Below are positions 59,607 to 64,000 of a stretch of 64,000 nucleotides of DNA, one piece after another (positions within the stretch are counted from its first letter, which is position 1; every line of letters begins with the position of its first letter). The notes under the pieces were generated by a model. The model did no database searches. It was given only the letters and a program-made list of their open reading frames with translations, and was not told the origin of the DNA. The position numbers and the translations under genes were made by a program. Origin of the DNA: Bacteroidaceae bacterium (GTDB lineage Bacteria > Bacteroidota > Bacteroidia > Bacteroidales > Bacteroidaceae); assembly GCA_035647375.1 (NCBI GenBank), contig DASRNO010000081.1, forward strand, positions 8,618 through 72,617, in the 5' to 3' direction.

Positions 59607-61481
59607 ATGAACTTCACCTACGATATAATTGTAATAGGTGGTGGCCATGCTGGATGTGAGGCCGCCGCCGCGGCTGCCAATATGGGTTCTAAAACCTGTC
59701 TTATTACAATGGATATGAATAAGATAGGGCAAATGAGCTGTAATCCGGCAATTGGAGGGATAGCTAAAGGGCAGATAGTCAGAGAGATAGATGCGTTAGG
59801 AGGCTATTCCGGATTAATAACAGATTGCTCTGCTATTCAGTTTAGAATGCTCAACAGATCGAAAGGTCCAGCTGTATGGGGACCAAGAGCCCAATGTGAT
59901 CGAGAAAAATTTATCTGGGAGTGGAGAAAAGTACTTGATTCTATCTCAAATCTTGATATCTGGCAAGATACTGTTATAGAGCTCATTGTAAAAAATGGAT
60001 CGGCTTGCGGAGTCAAGACTCTTATGGGTGCTCAATTCCATTGTCAAGCTATTATTTTAACAGCTGGCACATTTTTGAATGGTCTTATTCATATAGGCAA
60101 GGTTAAAATCCCAGGGGGCAGAATATCTGAACCCGCTTCGTATTTACTAACGGAATCTATTGCTAATCACGGTATTAGAGTGGGCAGAATGAAGACCGGA
60201 ACTCCTGTTAGAGTAGATAGTAAAAGCGTAGACTTTGATAAACTTGAAAGGCAAGAGAGCGAAAACGGTCATCATCGCTTCTCTTTTATGGGCGAACCCA
60301 GAAAACTAAAACAGCTGTGCTGTTGGACCTGCTATACAAACTCCGAAGTACACCGTATTTTAGAAACCGGATTATCAGAATCACCCCTTTACAACGGACA
60401 AATTCAAAGCATAGGTCCAAGAAATTGTCCCAGTATAGAGACAAAAATTGTAACCTTTCCCCATCGCGAAAAACATCAGCTATTTTTAGAGCCTGAAGGA
60501 GTAGAGACAAACGAAATGTATCTTAATGGTTTTTCTTCTTCTTTACCCATGAATATTCAAATTATGGCTTTAAAAGAGATTCCGGCATTCAAAAATGTTA
60601 CTGTATACCGTCCTGGTTATGCTATAGAGTATGATTATTTCGATCCTACTCAGCTAAAAAGAACGTTAGAATCAAAAATTATAAACAACTTTTTTCTTGC
60701 CGGCCAAGTTAATGGCACCACAGGATACGAAGAGGCAGGAGCCCAAGGAATTATGGCTGGAATAAATGCTCATCTTAAATTACAAAATAGCGATGAATTC
60801 ACACTTAACAGAGATGAGGCTTATATAGGAGTATTAATAGACGATTTGATTACAAAAGGGGTTGACGAACCTTACAGAATGTTTACCTCAAGAGCTGAAT
60901 ACAGAATTCTTCTCCGGCAAGATGATGCAGATTTCAGATTAACGGAAAAAGCTTATAAGCTGGGTCTTGCCTCAGAAAAGAGATTCAGAATGATGAAAAG
61001 CAAACGAGAATCAGTAGATAACTTAATTTCATTCTGTTCCTCTTTCTCAATTAAGCCCGCTTTCATAAATTCATTTTTAGAAAAAACTGGAACTACTGCT
61101 CTTCGCAAGGGGTGTAAACTAATTGATCTAATTAATAGACCACAAATCTCTCTTACCGAAATTGCCGAGCATATTGCACCGCTCATGGAGGAGCTTAACA
61201 AAATAGAGGTAAAAAGAAAGGATGAGATTATAGAAGAGGCTGAACTAATGATGAAATACAGCGGATATATTGCCCGAGAGAGAGCTATTGCTGAAAAGAT
61301 GAAGCGTCTTGAAAACATCAATATTAAGGGAATGTTCAACTATCAGGCCCTACAATCTATATCAACAGAGGCAAGGCAAAAGTTGGAAAAAGTCAACCCG
61401 GACACTCTAGCGCAAGCTAGTAGAATACCCGGAGTCTCTCCTAGCGATATAAATGTACTTCTTGTTTTGCTAAACAGGTAA
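59607..61481 (+). CDS. mnmG: tRNA uridine 5-carboxymethylaminomethyl modification enzyme MnmG (GidA)
   Basis: The FAD motif is YDIIVIGGGHAGCEAA, and the rest is conserved GidA core (GQMSCNPAIGG, GPRNCPSIE). Confidence 0.96.
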   Translation: MNFTYDIIVIGGGHAGCEAAAAAANMGSKTCLITMDMNKIGQMSCNPAIGGIAKGQIVREIDALGGYSGLITDCSAIQFRMLNRSKGPAVWGPRAQCDREKFIWEWRKVLDSISNLDIWQDTVIELIVKNGSACGVKTLMGAQFHCQAIILTAGTFLNGLIHIGKVKIPGGRISEPASYLLTESIANHGIRVGRMKTGTPVRVDSKSVDFDKLERQESENGHHRFSFMGEPRKLKQLCCWTCYTNSEVHRILETGLSESPLYNGQIQSIGPRNCPSIETKIVTFPHREKHQLFLEPEGVETNEMYLNGFSSSLPMNIQIMALKEIPAFKNVTVYRPGYAIEYDYFDPTQLKRTLESKIINNFFLAGQVNGTTGYEEAGAQGIMAGINAHLKLQNSDEFTLNRDEAYIGVLIDDLITKGVDEPYRMFTSRAEYRILLRQDDADFRLTEKAYKLGLASEKRFRMMKSKRESVDNLISFCSSFSIKPAFINSFLEKTGTTALRKGCKLIDLINRPQISLTEIAEHIAPLMEELNKIEVKRKDEIIEEAELMMKYSGYIARERAIAEKMKRLENINIKGMFNYQALQSISTEARQKLEKVNPDTLAQASRIPGVSPSDINVLLVLLNR

Positions 61482-61514
61482 ATTGTTCCACGTGAAACAA
61501 AACACAAAAATGAT

Positions 61515-62039
61515 ATGAGTAAAGAGAGGCTTAAAAGCAGTTTGAGAAACATCCCCGACTTCCCCATCAAGGGAGTCCAATTTAAAGATATAACATCTTG
61601 GTTTGTAAACAAAGAGCATTTAGCAGAGCTTGTTGACCTTGTTTGTGATATTTACAAAGAGAGAGGGATTACAAAAGTTGTGGGAATAGAATCAAGAGGC
61701 TTCATTTTAGGAGGAGCTATTGCCGTAAAACTGGGTGCCGGTTTTGTACCTGCAAGAAAGTCGGGAAAGCTTCCATCAGAAACTATTAGTGAGAGCTACA
61801 ATAAAGAGTATGGTACAGACACAATCGAGATACACAAAGACGCTATTGTGGAGTCAGATATAGTCCTTGTTCACGACGATCTTCTAGCAACGGGTGGTAC
61901 AATGCTTGCCGTTTATCGTCTTGTAAATAGATTTTCACCCAAGAAGGTTTATTTGAATTTTTTAATTGAGCTAACCGAGCTGAAAGGTAGAGAGTTATTT
62001 CCACCCAAAACAGAGGTGGATACTATTCTATCTCTTTAA
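61515..62039 (+). CDS. apt: Adenine phosphoribosyltransferase
   Basis: This is a 174 aa protein with the motif FPIKGVQFKDIT and the PRPP motif VLVHDDLLATGGT. Confidence 0.95.
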   Translation: MSKERLKSSLRNIPDFPIKGVQFKDITSWFVNKEHLAELVDLVCDIYKERGITKVVGIESRGFILGGAIAVKLGAGFVPARKSGKLPSETISESYNKEYGTDTIEIHKDAIVESDIVLVHDDLLATGGTMLAVYRLVNRFSPKKVYLNFLIELTELKGRELFPPKTEVDTILSL

Positions 62040-62060
62040 ATAAGAGAAAATTCAAAATAT

Positions 62061-63890
62061 ATGCCAAAAGAGCCTTCCTACATGGAGTACCTGTTTGATA
62101 TAGTCAAACACATGCCTGAGACACCGGGCTGCTATCAATATTACGATGTGTCAGGTAAAATATTATATGTGGGGAAAGCCAAAAATCTTAAGCGAAGAGT
62201 CTCTTCATATTTTATGAAGGAGCAAATTTCAGGTAAAACTAAAACTCTTGTTAAACAGATAAGAGATATAAAATATATTGTTTTACAAACAGAAGAGGAC
62301 GCGCTGTTTCTAGAAAACAATTTGATTAAAACATATAAACCCAAATACAACATACTACTCAAAGATGACAAAACTTATCCCTCGTTAAAAATAACCAACG
62401 AGATATTTCCCAGAGTTGTTAAAACCCGAGAAAAATGGGAAAATTCCGTTCAATACTTTGGCCCCTACAGCCATGTGAAAACATTGAATAATCTTCTCAG
62501 GCTGCTCAAACAGATATATAAAGTTAGAAGTTGTAGATATAATCTTACATTAGAGAGTATTAATAAAGGAAAATATAAAGAATGTCTTGAATTCCATCTG
62601 AACAACTGCATGGCTCCATGTGTGGGTAGGCAATCTGTGAAAGAATATAATGAGCAAATAGAAGAAATCCGTGAACTTCTTCAAGGGAATATTGGAAAAC
62701 TTAGCTCATCTATGGTCTCTGTTATAAAAAAACATTCAGCAAAGCTTGAATTTGAAAAAGCCCAAGCTGTTAAAGAGAAGCTTGAAGCGTTGAACAGCTT
62801 TAAAGAGAGAAGTCAAGTTGTAAATAAAAAGATTGATAATGTAGATGTTTTTACAATAGAAGAAGATGGTAATGTCTTGTTTATAAACTACTTACATATA
62901 TCTGAAGGCTCTATAAATCAGGCTGTAACATTTGAATTTAAAAATAGTCTCGAAGAGCCACTTCCCGATATTCTACCAACGCTAATTTTAGAGATTAGAG
63001 CAAAATATGGTAGTGATGCAAAAGAGATTATTGTTCCATTTAAACCAGATGTATCACTAAGTAATATAATATGGACGGTTCCTCAGAGAGGGGAGAAAAA
63101 AAGACTCCTTGATCTCTCCTTGCTAAACGTTAAACAATATAAAATTGACAGGAGAAAAAGAAACAGTAAATTGAACTCTACACAGAAAAGAACAAAACTA
63201 ATTCTGGAAATTCAACAGTTAGTAAATCTCCCCTCTATTCCTTTAAGGATTGATAGTATTGACAATTCTCATACATCTGGAAGCAATGCTGTAGCAGCCG
63301 TTGTTGTCTATATTAATGGAAAACCATCTAAAAAAGATTATAGATTATACACAATAAAGAGTGGTAAAGGGGGAGATGACTATGGGTCAATGTACGAAGT
63401 TCTATATAGACGATATGGAAGGATTGTCAAAGAGGGTTCAAAACTACCTGATCTGGTTATAGTAGATGGCGGAAAAGGACAGATGGAGATTGCCAAAAAA
63501 GTATCCGAAGAGCTTAATATCAAACTAAACATATTAGGCTTGAAAAAAAACAGTCGTCATAAAACAGCTTCTGTCCTCTATGGTTTCCCACAAAAAGAGG
63601 TTGATATCAGGCCAGATAGTGAACTTTTTAGATTTTTTGAGCAAATTCAAGAAGAGGTACATAGATTAGCAATAACTTTTCATAAAAAAAAGAGAAGTGC
63701 GGCTCATATCAAATCAGAACTGTCTGATATAAAGGGAATTGGAGAGAAAAGTATTGAATTATTGCTCAAAAAATTTAAAAGTGTAAAACGTATAATAGAG
63801 GCAAACCAAAAAGAACTTGAAGAGTGTGTTGGGAAAAACAGAGCAGCCATTATTAAGGAGTGGGCTAAAAACAAACATAATAAAGAGTAG
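62061..63890 (+). CDS. uvrC: Excinuclease ABC subunit C
   Basis: This is a 609 aa protein with a GIY-YIG domain (GCYQYYDVSGKILYVGKAKNLKRRVSSY), a UVR domain, an RNase-H-like endonuclease domain and a C-terminal HhH. Confidence 0.95.
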   Translation: MPKEPSYMEYLFDIVKHMPETPGCYQYYDVSGKILYVGKAKNLKRRVSSYFMKEQISGKTKTLVKQIRDIKYIVLQTEEDALFLENNLIKTYKPKYNILLKDDKTYPSLKITNEIFPRVVKTREKWENSVQYFGPYSHVKTLNNLLRLLKQIYKVRSCRYNLTLESINKGKYKECLEFHLNNCMAPCVGRQSVKEYNEQIEEIRELLQGNIGKLSSSMVSVIKKHSAKLEFEKAQAVKEKLEALNSFKERSQVVNKKIDNVDVFTIEEDGNVLFINYLHISEGSINQAVTFEFKNSLEEPLPDILPTLILEIRAKYGSDAKEIIVPFKPDVSLSNIIWTVPQRGEKKRLLDLSLLNVKQYKIDRRKRNSKLNSTQKRTKLILEIQQLVNLPSIPLRIDSIDNSHTSGSNAVAAVVVYINGKPSKKDYRLYTIKSGKGGDDYGSMYEVLYRRYGRIVKEGSKLPDLVIVDGGKGQMEIAKKVSEELNIKLNILGLKKNSRHKTASVLYGFPQKEVDIRPDSELFRFFEQIQEEVHRLAITFHKKKRSAAHIKSELSDIKGIGEKSIELLLKKFKSVKRIIEANQKELEECVGKNRAAIIKEWAKNKHNKE

Positions 63891-63895
63891 AAAAA

Positions 63896-64000
63896 GTGCG
63901 AGCGGTAATACAAAGAGTTATAGAGGCTAGTGTCAAAAGTGATGGTAAATTTATTTCTAATATAGGAGATGGTCTACTTGTGCTACTTGGTGTTGAGGAT
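63896..64000 (+). CDS. dtd: D-aminoacyl-tRNA deacylase, N-terminal 35 codons; the gene runs off the right edge
   Basis: Translation from the GTG at 63896 gives (M)RAVIQRVIEASVKSDGKFISNIGDGLLVLLGVED, the conserved Dtd N-terminus. Confidence 0.85.
   Translation, partial: MRAVIQRVIEASVKSDGKFISNIGDGLLVLLGVED

Noticed and set aside
60953-61612. Two reverse-strand ORFs (128 aa and 89 aa).
   Set aside because: They are antisense to mnmG and apt. Their composition is Ser/Ile/Leu-rich and low-complexity, with no independent signals.
1-64000. I searched for CRISPR arrays, IS elements or transposases, prophage genes, toxin-antitoxin pairs and defence islands.
   Set aside because: No direct-repeat/spacer arrays are visible. 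No transposase-like or phage-like ORFs are present. Every gap between genes is 330 bp or shorter. All ORFs of 60 aa or more that are not nested in larger genes are accounted for by conserved chromosomal genes.

Overview
This window looks like an AT-rich core chromosomal segment of a Bacteroidota (Bacteroidales-like) genome. The assignment rests on gene content, gene order and the repeated lineage-specific -7 promoter box TAnnTTTG. Coding density is very high and almost every ORF is a recognisable conserved gene. From left to right the window contains:
- dut (partial) and a dGTPase-family gene
- the glycine-lipid pair glsA-glsB, and rmuC
- the classical tRNA-tuf-tRNATrp-secE-nusG-rplKAJL-rpoBC block
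- hpf, a XerC-like recombinase, rpsU, mdh, a gamma-CA-like protein, waaA and gltX
- a 7TM-HD (PgpH-like) protein and priA
- a small beta-barrel OMP followed by the complete type IX secretion core operon porP-K-L-M-N
- a DUF2795 gene and a tightly coupled DUF3108 / methyltransferase / PduO-type adenosyltransferase operon
- tRNA-Leu and a pyrE-SRPBCC-argH-lipoprotein operon
- an envelope-biogenesis cluster: BNR-like lipoprotein, beta-barrel, uppS, bamA, three skp/ompH genes, murI
- a lolE-like gene, rbfA, an O-methyltransferase, xerD, a TPR/OmpA-like lipoprotein and dprA
- frdCAB, mnmG, apt, uvrC and dtd (partial)

I found no CRISPR array, no transposon, prophage or integrative element, no rRNA, and no non-coding gap longer than about 330 bp. 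I cannot point to a clearly novel system. The most plausible places for undescribed biology are four sets of uncharacterised envelope or coupled genes:
- the Cys4 Rieske-like lipoprotein
- the DUF3108-MTase-PduO operon
- the BNR lipoprotein plus beta-barrel pair upstream of uppS-bamA
- the small OMP next to porN

All family assignments come from motif and pattern recognition by eye. None was confirmed by a database search.
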